A stretch of DNA of 64,000 bases from Squalus acanthias. Taxonomy: Eukaryota. The notes below the pieces were generated by a model. The model ran no database searches. It saw only the letters and a program-made list of their open reading frames with translations, and was not told where the DNA came from. Shown here piece by piece: positions 1 to 13,124 of the stretch (position 1 is the stretch's first letter; each line of letters begins with the position of its first letter). The DNA is taken from contig CM059432.1 in assembly GCA_030390025.1 (NCBI GenBank), forward strand, positions 9,734,001-9,798,000, read 5' to 3'. A program made the translations under genes and the position numbers.

Positions 1-378
1 GTCCCATCTGCCTGTTCAGGTGAACACAAGAATCCAATGGTAATTTCTGAAGAAGACCAGTGTCCCAGCTGACATTCCTCGCTCAACTAACATCAGCAAA
101 AGAGATTAGCTAGCCGTTCATCTCGCTGCTGTTTCTGTGACCTTACTATGTTCAAATTGGCTACCACTTTTACCTACGTAACAGCAGTAACTACAGGGGC
201 GATTTTCCCATTGGAGACGGGTTGGAGGCGGGTTCCGAACCCGCCCTCACTTTTTGCGATTTTCCCAATTGTCCCACCTCCAAACCCGCCTCCTCGGGGG
301 CTGGGAAATTCGCCCCCTACATTTCAAATGCAGCCCATCGGTTGCAAAGGACTTTGGGATGTCCTGAGGATGTGAAAA
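1..378 (+). mobile_element. Old DeuSINE/SacSINE1-like SINE (central and 3' part), interrupted by a MITE
   Basis: Diverged match to the SINE copies at 13125-13830 and 58788-59258 (tcaggtg..gaagaag..aaattggct..actaca..tttggga..tgaaa). Confidence 0.7.
195..317. mobile_element. ~120-bp PIF/Harbinger-type MITE
   Basis: TIRs aggggcgattttccca / tgggaaattcgccccc, 3-bp TSD TAC; splits the SINE at actac|atttcaaa. Confidence 0.7.
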
Positions 379-589
379 GCCTTATTGGCCCTGGATTTTA
401 GAGAATTCTAGTTATGTCCCTTCAGTCTCTCCCCTCCTTCAAAACCTACCTGTTCAATCTCACTTTCAGTGACCACTCCTTACCCTTCTTCATCCTTTTT
501 TGGTCCCTTGATGTTTTCAGCCTTTGAGAAGTGTTTTGGGCTATTGCATTAAATGAGCTATTAAAGCGTATGTTGTTGTTGTTGTTGCT

Positions 590-925
590 GATGACTATTC
601 CAATGCTTTCCTGGCCGGCCTCCCATCTTCCACCCTCCATAAACTTAAGCTCATTTAAAACTCTGCTGCCCGTATCTTAACTTGGACCAAGTCTCGTTCA
701 CCCATCACCCCTGTGCTCACTGACCTACATTATCTTCTGATCCACTAACGCCTCGATTTAAAAATTCTCATCCACATGATCGAATCCCTCCATGGCTTCG
801 CCCCTCCCTATCTTTGTAACCTCCTTGAGCCCTATGGCCCTCCACGATCTCTGTGCTCCTCCAATTCTGGCTCTCTTGCGAATCCCCCACAAGCTCTGGA
901 ACTCACGCTCTAAACCTCTCCGCCT
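590..925 (+). mobile_element. L2-like LINE 3' fragment
   Basis: Similar to the reverse complement of 26150-26720 and to 48600-48935. Confidence 0.65.
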
Positions 926-1384
926 CTCCACATAGCATTGACCCTTTATGAAACACACTTTCATTCCATAGAAGATGCAAGTCACTTTTGAAGTGGGGGA
1001 CAATGGTACTATGCATATAGCTCTTCACAGGTCACCTACAAAAACATACTGGCAGGAAAAACACTATGTAGGTTAATGTGTGAAGGTCTGACATGGGATG
1101 GGAAGTGGTCAGGACACAAGGATACAATTTGGCGAGATCAAGTACTTGCTAACCTGTACATAAATACGCTCTGCTTACAAGCTAAGGCTACTCACAGTCA
1201 TCATAAGAGAACAAGAACAGGTGGTGGCTTAACCATATTGAACGTGCTGCCTGAATTCGGGGAGATGGCCCTGACCCTTTTTTGAGCCATGCACCTGTTG
1301 AGGGTATTGCGATGTGTATTGGTGCCACCAATCAGCAAATATCCTCCATTTGTTCTGACCCTTCATCACTGACTCCCTGTCTCA

Positions 1385-1850
1385 ATGCTATGAGGAGAGA
1401 TTGGGTCGATTGGGCTTATACTCGCTGGAGTTTAGAAGAATGAGAGGGGAACGCATTGACACTTATAAAATTCTGAAAGGACTGGACAGACTAGATGCAG
1501 GAAGGATGTTCCCGATGGTCGGGGAGTCCAGAACCAGGGGTCACAGTCTAAGGATAAGGGGTAAGCCATTTAGGACAGAAATGAGGAGGAATTTCTTCAC
1601 CCAGAGAGTGGTGAACCTATGGAATTCTCTACCACAGAAGGCAGTAGAGGGCAATTCATTAAATAGATTCAAGAAGGAGTTGGATATATGTCTTAAGGCT
1701 AAAGGGATCAAGGGATATGGGGAGAAAGCAGGGACAAGGTACTGAATTTGGATGATCAGCCATGATCGCATTAAATGGCGGAGCAGGCTAGAGGGGCCGA
1801 ATGGCCTACTCCTGCTCCTATCTTCCATGATTCTATGTTTCTATGATTCT
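1385..1850 (+). mobile_element. CR1 LINE 3' fragment
   Basis: ORF 1401-1745 is the CR1 ORF2 C-terminus (LEFRRMRG..RNFFTQRVVNLWNSLP); 3' hairpin and ttctatg-type tail. Confidence 0.9.
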
Positions 1851-2313
1851 AGAATGCTCACGGGAGAGGCTGCTTCTGTAAACCAGCTGTATGACACACC
1901 AAAAGTCTTATCATCGTACAAGTCTTGCCTGGGAGCACAGGTACTAATATCTCAGAGAAAGTAGTTAAATTACTTTGAGGATGGTGCACTGAGCTTTGTT
2001 GGGCAAAAGTATTAAGGGTTACGGAACCAAGGTGGGTAGATGGAGTTAAGATATAGATCAGCCATGATCTAATTGAAAAGCAGAACAGGCTCGAGGGGCT
2101 GAATGGCCTTCTCCTGTTCCTATGTAATCATAAGCCACAAATGAGGAAGAGCACGTGGAGGTGGCAGGAGAGTCCAAGCCTGAGTCCTGGCTTGGAGACC
2201 ACGTAAAAATATTGACATGGTCAGTAATAGCAGCCTTTTTATAAAAGGGGCCAATTGGGCAACAAATAAAAAATTGTTTGTTTTCTTTTAACTTCAGAAA
2301 GCGTATTAAGCTG

Positions 2314-3034
2314 AGAGACAGAAATTCAATGGTGCTGCACCCATTTTTCAGGCGCAAAACAGGCGCCTAAGCATCCAATATAATGGGCGGGGCACGCATG
2401 GTCATTACCCACCATATTGAATCGCTCCGCTCCATTGGCCTCCAGGGCGCATACCAGAAGTATTTAAATCACTGATTTAAAATATTTAAATAAGGGCCCT
2501 ACCCTTGTTGTAGGACCTATTTGTGATATTGGGCTGGCCCCAGCACCTGACTAGTCATGTGATAAACACGGCCAGCAACTCATGGCACTAACAGGCAGGA
2601 AGGCTCCTTCAATAGTTCTATTTAAAGGGCGCATCCACTGCAAACTGGTTAGATGCTAGTTGGTCACTTGAGGCTGCTAGTGGACCTCTGGGTATTTTTT
2701 AGCCTGTTTTCCAGCCTGTCAGAAAGTTTAGACCTTCCCTGCCCCCATGGAGCTACCCACCTTCTCTCTCGTGAGACCCTCCCAAAACCGAGACATTCCT
2801 CCTTGTCGGCGAGCCTTCCTTTGGTGCCGACTAACAACATCATGCCCCGCAAACTTCCGCTTCCGGCCACTGAGCGGACAGCTAACCATCAGCACACAGA
2901 TGAGTGAGGCCCAGGAGATAAAATCACCCATTTATCATGCAGTCGGGGTTGGCACGTTGCCGCCTCGGGGACCCAAACGTGCCCCCACCCCCCTCCCCGT
3001 CTGCCCAAACCCCACTCCCAGCTAAAATTCCCCC
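2314..3034. mobile_element. Probable Harbinger-derived non-autonomous element
   Basis: Ends resemble the window's Harbinger TIRs (gagacagaaatt / aaaattccccc); contains the ctatttaaagg box and ggttag motif also seen at 32371-32505. Confidence 0.4.
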
Positions 3035-3394
3035 TTCACTTTACCCACAGATCCACTGATTGATCAGGCAATGAGGCTTGTGTAGTTTACTGACCACCCA
3101 TCCGCTCAAATATGTGCAAAAGTGACAAAACTACATGAAAAAGTACAGCTACCGATATCCGTCCCCTGGTAGCATCACAGTGCTGGTAATATTCACCGAA
3201 TGATACACAGAATAACACCAGGTGGTGTAAGTACATGGAAAGAAGATTAAAGTTGATAATGATTCCCCACTGCAGTGGTCTTTCAGAGAAAGATGGACTG
3301 GTATCTACCTTTATGGGAAAATGGCTCAACAGAATTTTCAGAGTAGGTCTTGTGCTGGCAATTTCCATGATGGAGTATTGCAACCAGATATCTG

Positions 3395-3845
3395 AGAAGA
3401 AAGACTTGCATTTATATAGCGTCTTTCATGCCCTCAGGACATCCCAAAGTGCTTTACAGCCAATTAAGTACTTTTGAAGTGTAGTCACTGTTGTAATGTA
3501 GGAAACGCGGCAGCCAAGTGCACACAGCAAGATCCCAAAAACACCAACGTGGTATTGGTCAGATAATCAGTTTTGGTGATGTTGATTGAGGGATAAATAT
3601 TGGCCAGGACACCGGGAATAACTCCCCTGCTCTTCTTCAAAATAGTGCCATGGGATCGTATATGTTCACCTGAGAGGGCAGACAGGGCCTCGGTTTAATG
3701 TCTCATCCGAAAGGTGGCAGCTCCAACAGTGCAGCACTCGCTCAATACTCGAGTGTCAGCCTAGATTTTTGTGCTCAAGTTTCTGGAGTTGAACTTGAAC
3801 CCACAACCTTCTGACTCAGAGTCGAGAGTGCTGTCCACTGAGCAT
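3395..3845 (-). mobile_element. DeuSINE/SacSINE1-like SINE
   Basis: Reverse-complement match to 13125-13830, including tRNA-like head, Deu core and tail. Confidence 0.85.
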
Positions 3846-4671
3846 TCTCCGACACTTCTGGTGCAAATATGCAATGGGAAGATGTTGACTTGTCACAGAA
3901 AGGATGATGTTCATGTGGACTTCTTGGGACCTGATGGGTGGCATTTTTTAAAAGTTCGTTCCTGGGATGTGGACGTAGCTGTCAAGGCCAGCATTTATTG
4001 TCCATCCCTAATAGCCCTTGAGAAGGTGGTGGTGAGCCGCCTTCTTCTTGAACCGCTGCAGTCCCTGTGGTGAAGGTACTCCCACAGTTCTTTTGGGAGG
4101 GAGTTCCAGGATTTTGACTCAGCGACGATGAAGGATCGGCGATATATTTCCAAGTCAGGATGGTGTGTAACTTGGAGGGGAACTTGCAGGTGGTGGTGTT
4201 CCCATACGTCTGCTGCCCTTGTCCTTCTAGGTGATAGAGGTCGCTGGTTTGGGAGTGAATGTTCAAGGTGGTAGATGGGGTGCCAATCAAGCGGGCTGCT
4301 TTGTCCTGGATGGTGTCGAGCTTCTTGAGTGTTGTTGGAGCTGCACTCATCCAGGCAAGTGGAGAGTATTCCATCACACTCTTGTCTTGTGCCTTGTAGA
4401 TGGTGGAAAGCCTTTGTGAGTCAGGAGGTGAGACACTCGTCACAGAATACCCAGCTTCTGACCTGCTCTTGTAGCCACAGTATTTATGTGGCTGGTTCAG
4501 TTAAGTTTCTGTTCAATGGTGGCCCCCAGGATGTTGATAGTGGGGGATTAGGCGATGGTAATGCCGTTGAATGTCAAGGGGCAGTGGTTAGAATCTCGCT
4601 TGTTGGAGATAGTCATTGCCTGACACTTGTGTGGCGCGAATGTTACTTGCCACTTATCAGCCCAAGCCTGA

Positions 4672-5075
4672 ATCACAGAATCATAGAATCATAGAATGGT
4701 TCCAGCACGGAAGGAGGCCATTCGGCCCGTCGAGCCCGTGCCGGCTCTCTGCAAGAGCACTTCAGCTAGTCCCACTCCCCCGCCCTTTCCACGTAGTACT
4801 GCAAATTTCTTTCCTTCAGATACTTATCCAACTCCCTTTTGAAAGCCGTAATTGAATCTGCCTCCACCACCCTTTCAGGCAGTGCATTTCAGACCTCAGC
4901 CACACGCTGCGTAAAAAAGTTTTTTCTTACGTTGCCTTTGGTTCTTCTGCCAATCACCTTAAATCTGTGTCCTCTGGTTTTCGACCCTTCTGTCAATGGG
5001 AACAGTTTCACTCTATCTACTCTGTCCAGACCCCTCATGATTTTGAACACCTCTATCAAATCCCCTCTCAATCTT
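4672..5075 (-). mobile_element. CR1 3' fragment nested in the LINE above
   Basis: catagaat tail; ORF 4889-5158 contains RLRGDLIEVFKIMRG..NFFTQRV. Confidence 0.85.
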
Positions 5076-7560
5076 GTCATCCAGGTCTTTTTGCATTCGG
5101 GCATGGGCTGCTTCATTATCTGATGAGTTATGAATAGAACTGAACACTGTGCAATCATCAGTAAACATTCCCACTTCTGACCTTATGCTGGAGAGAAGGT
5201 GAGTGATGAAGCAGCTGAAGATGGTTGGGCCTAGGACACTGCCCTGAGGAATTCCTGCAGCGATGTCCTGGGGCTGTGATGATTGACCTTCAACCACCAT
5301 AACCATCTTCCTTTGTGCTAGGTATGACTCCAGCCAGTGGAGAGTTTTCCCCGATTCCCATTGACTTCAATTTTACTAGGGCTCCTTAATGCCACACTCG
5401 GTCAAAGGCTGCCTTGATGTCAAGGGCAGTCACTCTCACCTCACCTCTGGAATTCAGCGCTTTTGTCAATGTTTGGACCAAGGCTGTAATGAGGTCTGAA
5501 GCCGAGTGGTCCTGGCAGAACCCAAACTGAGCATCGTGAGCAGGTTATTAGTGGGTAAGTGCCGCTTGATAGCACTGTCGACGACACCTTCCATCACTTT
5601 GCTGATGATTGAGAGTAGACTGATGAGGTGGTAATTGGCCGGATTGGATTTATTCTGCTTTTTGTGGACAGGACATACCTGGGCAGATTTCCACATTGTC
5701 GGGTAGATGCCAGTGTTGTAGCTGTACTGGAACAGCTTGGCTAGTGACGTGGCTAATTCTGAAGCACAAGTCTTCAGCATGACAGCCGGGATGTTGTCAG
5801 GGCCCATAGACTTTGCTGTATCCAGTGCGCTCAGCCGTTTCTTGATATCACGTGGAGTGAATCGAATTGGCTGAAGACTGGCTTTTGTGATGGTGGGGAC
5901 CTCAGGAGGAGGCTGATATGGACCATCCACTCGGCACTTCTGGCTGAAGATGGTTACAAACACTTCAGCCTTGTCTTTTGCACTCACGTGCTGGGCTCCA
6001 CCATCATTGAGGTAGAAATATTCATGGAGCCTTCTCCTCCCGTTAGTTGTTTAATGGTCCACCACCATTCACGACTGGATGTGGCAGGACTGCAGAGCTT
6101 TGATCTGATCCGTTGATTGTGGGATCACTTAGCTTTGTCTATAGCATGCTGCTTCCGCTGTTTAGCATGCATGTAGTCCTGTGTTGCAGCTTCCCCAGGT
6201 TGGCACCTCATTTTTAGGTACGCCTGGTGCTGCTCCTGGCATGCTCTTCTGCACTCTTCATTGAACCAAGCTTGGTCCCCTGGCTTGATGGTCATGGTAG
6301 AGTGAGGGATATGCCGGGCCATGAGGTTACAGATTGTGGTGGAATACAATTCTGCTGCTGCTGATGGCCCACAGAGCCTCATGGATGCCCAGTTTTGACC
6401 TGCTCAATCTGTTCTGAATCTATCCCATTTAGCACGGTGGTAGTGCCACACAACACGATGGAGGGTGTCCTCAGTGTGAAGACGGGATTTCATCTCCACA
6501 AGGACTGCGGTGGTCACTGCTACCAATACTGTCATAGACAGATGCATCTGCAACAGGTAGATTGGTGAGGACGAGGTCAAGTAGGTTTTTCACTCATGTT
6601 GGTTCTCTCACCACCTGCCGCAGTCCCAGTCTGGCAGTTATGTCCTTCAGGACTCGGCCAGCTTGGTCAGCAGTGGTGCTACCGAGCCACTCTTGGTGAT
6701 GGACATTGAAGTCCCCTACCCAGAGTACATTCTGTGCCCTTGCTACTCTCACTGCTTCTTCCAAGTGGTGTTCAACATGGAGGAGTACTGATTCATCAGC
6801 TGAGGGAGGGCGGTGTTTCTATGATTCTATGATTCTATGGTAGGTGGTAATCAGCAGGAGGCTTCCTTGCCCATGCTTGACCTGAAGCCATGAGACTTCA
6901 TGGGGTCCGGAGTCAATGTTGAGGACTCCCAGGGCCACACCTTTCCGACTGTACACTATGTGCCGCCACCCCTGGTGGGTCTGTCCTGCCGGTGGGACAG
7001 GACATATCCAGGGATGGTGATAGGAGGAGTTCGGGACATTGGCTGAAAGGTATGATTCTGTGAGTATGACTATGTCAGGCTGTTGCTTGACTCGTCTGTG
7101 AGACAGCCCTCCCAATTTTGCCACAAGTCTCCAGATGTTAGTGAAGAGGACTTTGCAGGGTTGACTGGGCTGGTTGTGCTGTTGCCGTGTCCGTAGCCGG
7201 TGCCGAGGTCGATGCCGGGTGGTCCGTCCGGTTTCATTTTTATTATTTTGTTTCGTAGCGGTTTGTTACAACAGAGGGCAGTTAAGAGTCAACCACATTG
7301 CCGTGGGTCTGGAGTCACATATCGGCCAGACCGGGTAAGGACGGCAGATTTCCTTCCCTGAAGGACATTAGTGAACCAGATGGGATTTTACGACAATCCG
7401 ATAGTTTCATGGTCACCATTACTGATACTAGCTTTTTATTCCAGATTTATTTAATTAATTGAATTTAAATTCCCCAGCTGTCGTGGTGGGATTTGAACTC
7501 ATGTCTCCGGATTATTAGTCCAGCTTTCAGGCCTCTGGATTACTAGTCCAGTATGCTACC

Positions 7561-7788
7561 TGACATGAATCTTGTCATTCATGTGGAAATGACTTCTGAA
7601 ATAATACTGGGTGGCCTGCTGGTGGTGCTGTCCAGGGAGAGTATAAATACTCAGGCACGGGCCCAGCTTGCGCGGGACATTCTTAACAGGAATCAGTGAA
7701 GGACACAACTAGACCTCCATGTTGTAAAACAGTTGATTAAAGCTTTGTTTAACGCTTAGACCAAGTGCCTAGTAGTTTTCTTACGTCA
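7561..7788 (+). mobile_element. 228-bp solo LTR (copy 1)
   Basis: TG..CA ends (tgacat..acgtca), TATAAATA and ATTAAA, 5-bp TSD ctacc/ctgcc; near-identical to 13365-13592. Confidence 0.8.
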
Positions 7789-8014
7789 CTGCCGTTCCCA
7801 TTGACTATGCTACCATTCCCGACATGAATAGTAATGTAAAATAGCAACAACAACTTGCTTTCATATGCAACTTTAAACACAGATAAATCATCCCAAGGCA
7901 CTTCACAGAAGAGATAGAGCATGGGCCCCAAGCCTTTGTGGGAGGGTTTGGAGAGGAGGACAAAAGTTTGGCTGAGGAGATGCGTTTTAAGACGGCTTTT
8001 AAAGATGAAGGGGA

Positions 8015-9075
8015 GATAGATACATACATAGATACATAGAAGATAGGAGCAGGAGTAGGCCATCCGGCCCTTCGAGCCTGCTCCGCCATTTAATGAGATC
8101 ATGGCTGATCCTCCAATTCAGTATCCCGTCCCCGCCTTCTCTCCGTAACCCTTAACCCCTTTTGCCTGTAGAAATACATCTAATTCCCTCTTAAATATAT
8201 TTAATGAGCTGGCGTACACTGCCCTCTGTGGCAATGAGTTCCACAGGTTCACCACCCTCTGAGTGAAGAAATTCCCCCTCATTTCTGTCCTAAATGGTTT
8301 AGCCCTTATCCTTAAATTATGTCCTCTAGTTCTGTTCTCACCCGCCAAGGGAAACATTCCTTCTGCATCTAGTCTGTCTAGACCTGTCAGAATTTTATAC
8401 ACTTCTATGAGGTCCCCTCTCAATCTTCTAAACTCCAGTGTGTACATCCCTAAACTACATAGTCTCTCCTCATAGGTCAATCCCGCCATTCCTGGTATCA
8501 GCCTGGTGAATCGCCGCTGCACCCCCTCCATGGCAAGAACATCTTTCCTCAGATGAGGCGACCAAAACTGTACACAGTACTCGAGGTGTGGTCTCACCAG
8601 TGCCCTGTACAGCTGCAGCAAGGTATCCCTGTTCCTGTATTCCAACCCTTTTGCTATGAAGGCCAGCATACCGTTTGCCTTCTTGATCGCCTGTTGCACC
8701 TGCATGCTCGCCTTCAGTGACTGGTGTACAAGAACACCCAGGTCTCTCTGTACTTCCCCCTCTCCCAATTTATTGCCATTTAAATAATAATTTGCCCTCC
8801 CGTTCCTGCACCCAAGGTGGATAACTTCGCACTTGTCCACATTATAGTGCATCTGCCATTTATCCGCCCAATCACCCAGTCTGTCCAAATCGCTCTGGAG
8901 CTTCCTGGTCTCCTCCTCTGAGCCCACCCCCCCTCCTAGTTTAGTGTCGTCTGCAAATTTGGAAATGCTGCATCCGACTCCCTGATCCAGGTCATTAATG
9001 TAAATTGTGAACAGCTGGGGACCCAGGACAGATCCCTGTGGTACCCCACTTGTTACTGCCTGCCATTCAGAAAAT
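8015..9075 (-). mobile_element. 5'-truncated CR1 LINE (3' half of RT)
   Basis: ORF 8118-9110 [33 protein letters not shown]; catagata tail. Confidence 0.92.
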
Positions 9076-9914
9076 GAATTTGGGAAGGGAGTTCCAAAGA
9101 CGAGGGCCAAAGTGGACTAAAAGTCTGCCACTAAGGGTGGAGCAGAGGTACACGGATGCAGAGGAACATAGAGACAGGAGTCAGCCATTCAGCCCCTCGA
9201 GCCTGTTCCGCCTTGCACAGGAGACCAGAGTCTTGAGGTAGAGGATGAAAGTGCTGGAGAAGTTTGAAAAGGCAGGGTAGGGTGGGTGAGGCTGCGGACA
9301 AAATTGTAGACAAGGACGAGGATTTCAAATGCAATCTGTTGGGGGATGAAGAGCCCATGTGGGTCAGGGAGGAGGGTGGTGATGGCTCCTAAGGGGCTAA
9401 ATGTAGGACAGGATATGATGGGTGGCAGAGTTTTTGAATGGTTTCAAGTTTAAGCAGGGTAGAGGTCCTTTGGTTGGTGATCGCGGGTGAAAAAGCTCAA
9501 GTGAAGCAAGAGTGGCTCCTGCTATGCTTGGCCAACCGTTTTTGGCACGGGGACTGAGAACAGGCGTTAGTCCCCCTCGTTTACATATGTAAGGGGCTTA
9601 GCGACTGCTTTATGTGGCCACCAGAGACGCCTGTAAAATGGGCCTGACAAATTTAGCAGTGGCCTGAACACATGCAGATTGCATGTGGGCCGTCCCACTG
9701 CTGAACTTGTCGTCGTTGCTGTGCCTGTTTTACACCCTAAAAACAAGAGCAACACACACCAATTTCTACCCGTATATTTCTCTATTGGAGATAAAACCAT
9801 AAGCAATTAATTTCTAGAGAGGCCATGATATACAAGAGCATTCAAATGATGAAGTGGAGTCACACAGATCTGTACTAATTTGGTGGTCTCACTTAAAGAG
9901 ACCATAAGAATGGC

Positions 9915-10340
9915 TTGTTTTTTTTTTTATTTGTTCATGGGATGTGGGCGTCGCTGGCAAGGCCAGCAGTTACTGCCCTTCCCTAATTGCCCTTGAGAAG
10001 GTTCTTGAACCCCAATGATGCTTCTTTGTAGCAGTTTGGTGCAACTGAGCGGCTTGCTAGGCCATCTCAGAGGGCAGTTAAGAGTCAACCACATTGTTGT
10101 TGGCCTGGAGTCGCATATAGGCCAGACCGGGTAAGAGGCGGCAGATTTCCTTCCCTAAAGGGCATTATGGTTCAATCCAGCAGTTTCATGGTCACTAGAT
10201 TCCAGATATTTTTTAATTAACTGAATTTAAACTCCCCAGTTGCCATGGTGGGAATCTGAACTCACATCGATCTTAGATCATTAGTCCAGGCCCACTGGAT
10301 TGCTAGTCCAGTAACATAACCACTATGCTACCGTACCCCC
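9915..10340 (-). mobile_element. tRNA-headed SINE made of the 5' and 3' ends of the 3944-7821 LINE family
   Basis: Box A TAGCATAGTGG and Box B-like GAGTTCAGATTC; body matches 7255-7560; tail matches 3950-4030 and 57575-57650. Confidence 0.8.
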
Positions 10341-10379
10341 ACCTGGTAACGTAGAAAATGAAAACATTCTCACCGGCGC

Positions 10380-10682
10380 AATAAGAAATAGGAGCTGGAG
10401 TAGGCCATACGGCCCCTCGAGCCTGCTCCGCAAATGGAGAACATAAGAACATAAGACGTAGGCGCAGGAGTCGGCCATACGGGCCCTGGAGCCTGCTCCG
10501 CCATTCAATAAGATCATGGCCGATCTGATCTTGGCCTCAACGCCACTTTCCCTGCCCGCTCTCCCCACAACCCTTGACTCCCTTATCATACAAAAATCTG
10601 TCTATCTCCACCTTAAAATATATTCAATGACCCAGCCTCCACAGCTCTCTGGGGTAGAGAATTCCAAAGATTCACGACCCTC
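10380..10682 (-). mobile_element. Two stacked CR1 3' UTR tails
   Basis: Two consecutive ggag..gagtaggccat..gagcctgctccgc hairpin tails with a cataagaa microsatellite. Confidence 0.75.
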
Positions 10683-11477
10683 TTATGTGGTGGAGGCGGG
10701 GGGGGGGGGGGGGTGGTTGGGTTAAGGTTCCTTTCTGGGGGCAGAGTAAGGGGGGAGTTTTGCTACGCTATAACTGACTTCAGGATTCTTGGTACCTGAC
10801 ATGCATTCCCCGCCCCCGACACTGAAATCCCTCACCTTGATGAGCTCGCAATTTCACCGAGAAATTAAAATGAAAAATTACACACGGAGTTACAGTGCCT
10901 TGGAAGCCATTAGAGATTTATTCCCCAATCAAGAAAGCAAATAGAAGATGCATTTATAAATGAGTTACAGAGATGCAACACAGTGTGCTCTCCACCTTCA
11001 TAACTTCGGAATGCTTTCAACAATTTAAAATGTCTTTATAAATATAAGGGATGAGAATTGAGGGATTGGCATATCTAGTAGCAAGCACGCTCTCATTGGG
11101 TTTGCAATCTGAGCACTAGTTATTTCTAGAGTATGACCTTACTAACTGTTTAATATTGAATGCTGTTCTTTACTCCGCGAAAATTGATAGATTCTTTATG
11201 GCATAATATTATGACACATGGTAATTCCCAGTGTAAACCCAGCACCTACAGCGGAGCGCGATGCTAATTTACGAACATTGCCTCAGGCATGACAGGTAAT
11301 AAACATAAACCACGTCATTTTGCTCCCCAGATTCTTGCCTTATCAGCTCCAGTTGCAGTGGCCGTGTAGAACAGGATTAGGAAGCCCACACCGATTAAAC
11401 AAAATTGAGTTTTATTGCCAATTTAAGAACGAACGGATTGCTGGCTCTTAAAAGCAAAATGCGAATAATAAATGTAA

Positions 11478-13070
11478 AAGAAAAAGAAAGACTTGCGTTT
11501 ATGCGGCGCCTTTCACGACCTCAGGATGCCCCAAAGCGCTTTACAGCCAATGAAGTACTTTTTGAAGTGTAGTCACTGTTGTAATGTGGGAAACGCAGCA
11601 GCCAATCTGTGCACAGCAAGCTCCCACAAACAGCAATGTGATAATGACCAGATAATCTGTTTTAGTGATGTTGATTGAGGGATAAATATTGGCCAGAACA
11701 CTGGGGATAACTCCCCTACTCTTCTTCGAAATAGTGGCCGCGGGATCTTTTCCGTTCACCTGAGAGAACAGACGGGGCCTCAGTTTAACGTGAAGGGATA
11801 ATTACTAGTCCTAGCCCCTTTAGGGCTACCCCAGATCAGGCGTATTCCTCAGACGTTCACTTTCAACTAAAGTTTGAGGTAGCCGAATCCTAAAGACGCT
11901 TAATTGGGTCTAAAGGTCTAGACCATCTCTCCCTAAAGGAAAGGAACAACCTGAAAATGTTACCGTCCTCCAGATAGCACTTTTAATAAGTTTAGCTAGA
12001 CTGTAACATTCCGGATATTATGAGGGTCTGGAAAACTCCCCCAGAATTCTGCAACTCCTCACCAAAGAGTGTACAGAGATTGAGTTTGTGAGTTTGATAC
12101 AGAAGTATTATGTGAGACAATTCTAAAAATATATAGATTTATTAAAGAACCGACATGTAATTTACAGTTGGTGAGTCAATCGCAACATTAACAGTTCTAA
12201 AAAAAGAAAGCTTTACAATCTTATTATCAGAGATCCTTATTCTCAAATCTTAACTTCGCTACAGTTTTACAGTTCTTAAAGTTTATTCAGGATATCCACT
12301 AAAATCAAATACAGTACCTTTGATCCCCGAGGTACAAAGAGTTGTAGACTTACAGAGCCGCCTCTGAAGCCTGAGAATCACTTTACCCCTTTACAGCGAG
12401 TCTACTATCCCATTTGAGAGTTCAATATTTATACCCTTTTTTAGTAGTATTTCCTTTAAGGTTTTTTGCTGATGTAAGCTAATTATCTCTAGTCATTTTT
12501 CTGCTGACTTCTGCAATTCTTAGTCACCTCAGCTGGCAGCATTACAGAATCATGTCTCTCCTCTAGGTGTTCCAAGCTTACCATAAAAAATGGTGTAACA
12601 GCAGGTGCGCTTTATTTGATATCATTTTTACTAAGGCAGATGTTTGTGCTTCTTTACAAAGTGTAAATTAGAACACCTTAACCAGGGTGAACTATTGTCT
12701 TGTTCCGAAAGGTTCAGACTGTCAGGAGCCTTTAACCTTTTGTTTCAATAAGGTTATTGATTCAGTGTCAACAACTATCTTATCTCTATGGCCAGAATGC
12801 TATCACAGCTTTTCCATAGTTTAGGTTTCTAGATTTCCAAACCCAGTTTGTCATGTTTTAATAAGGCCAGAATTCTTTCATAGAATGGTGTATTTTTCGG
12901 AATAGTTTATATGGCTTATTCCTTCACAAACGTCTCATCCAAATGACGGCACCTCTGACAGTGCAGCACTCCCTCAGCACTGTACTGGGAGTGTCAGCCT
13001 AGCTTTATTGTGCTCAAGTCCCTGGAGTGGAACTTGAACCCACAACGTTCTGACTCAGATGCGAGCTCAC
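11478..13070 (-). mobile_element. DeuSINE/SacSINE1-like SINE split by a solo LTR
   Basis: SINE halves 11478-11790 and 12929-13070 rejoin as gtttaacg-tctcatcc. Confidence 0.85.
11791..12928 (-). mobile_element. 1.14-kb solo LTR (ERV/Gypsy type)
   Basis: TG..CA ends with imperfect inverted termini (tgaagggataa / ttattccttcaca), TSD AACG; minus-strand TATAAA (~12430) and AATAAA (~12140). Confidence 0.75.
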
Positions 13071-13124
13071 ATTCAGGTTCTTACCTATGTCGTGTCAACG
13101 TTGTGTCAGGATCAGATGACCAGT

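Larger units (their letters stand above)
3944..7821 (-). mobile_element. Near full-length decayed LINE (CR1/L2 group, distinct from the dominant CR1 family); single APE-RT frame with tRNA-like 5' end
   Basis: Frame fragments: APE (DIVILTESYL, VGDFN), RT ([19 protein letters not shown]), C-terminus (MEYSPLAW..LDTIQDKAARLI); 3' tail aagggc..gggatgg..aataaatgctggcc; tRNA-like head ~7450-7821; nested CR1 and LTR insertions. Confidence 0.85.

Noticed and set aside
10695..10725. Poly-G run (and poly-C at 49730-49755) as a functional G-quadruplex
   Set aside because: Homopolymer runs in repeat debris with no supporting context.
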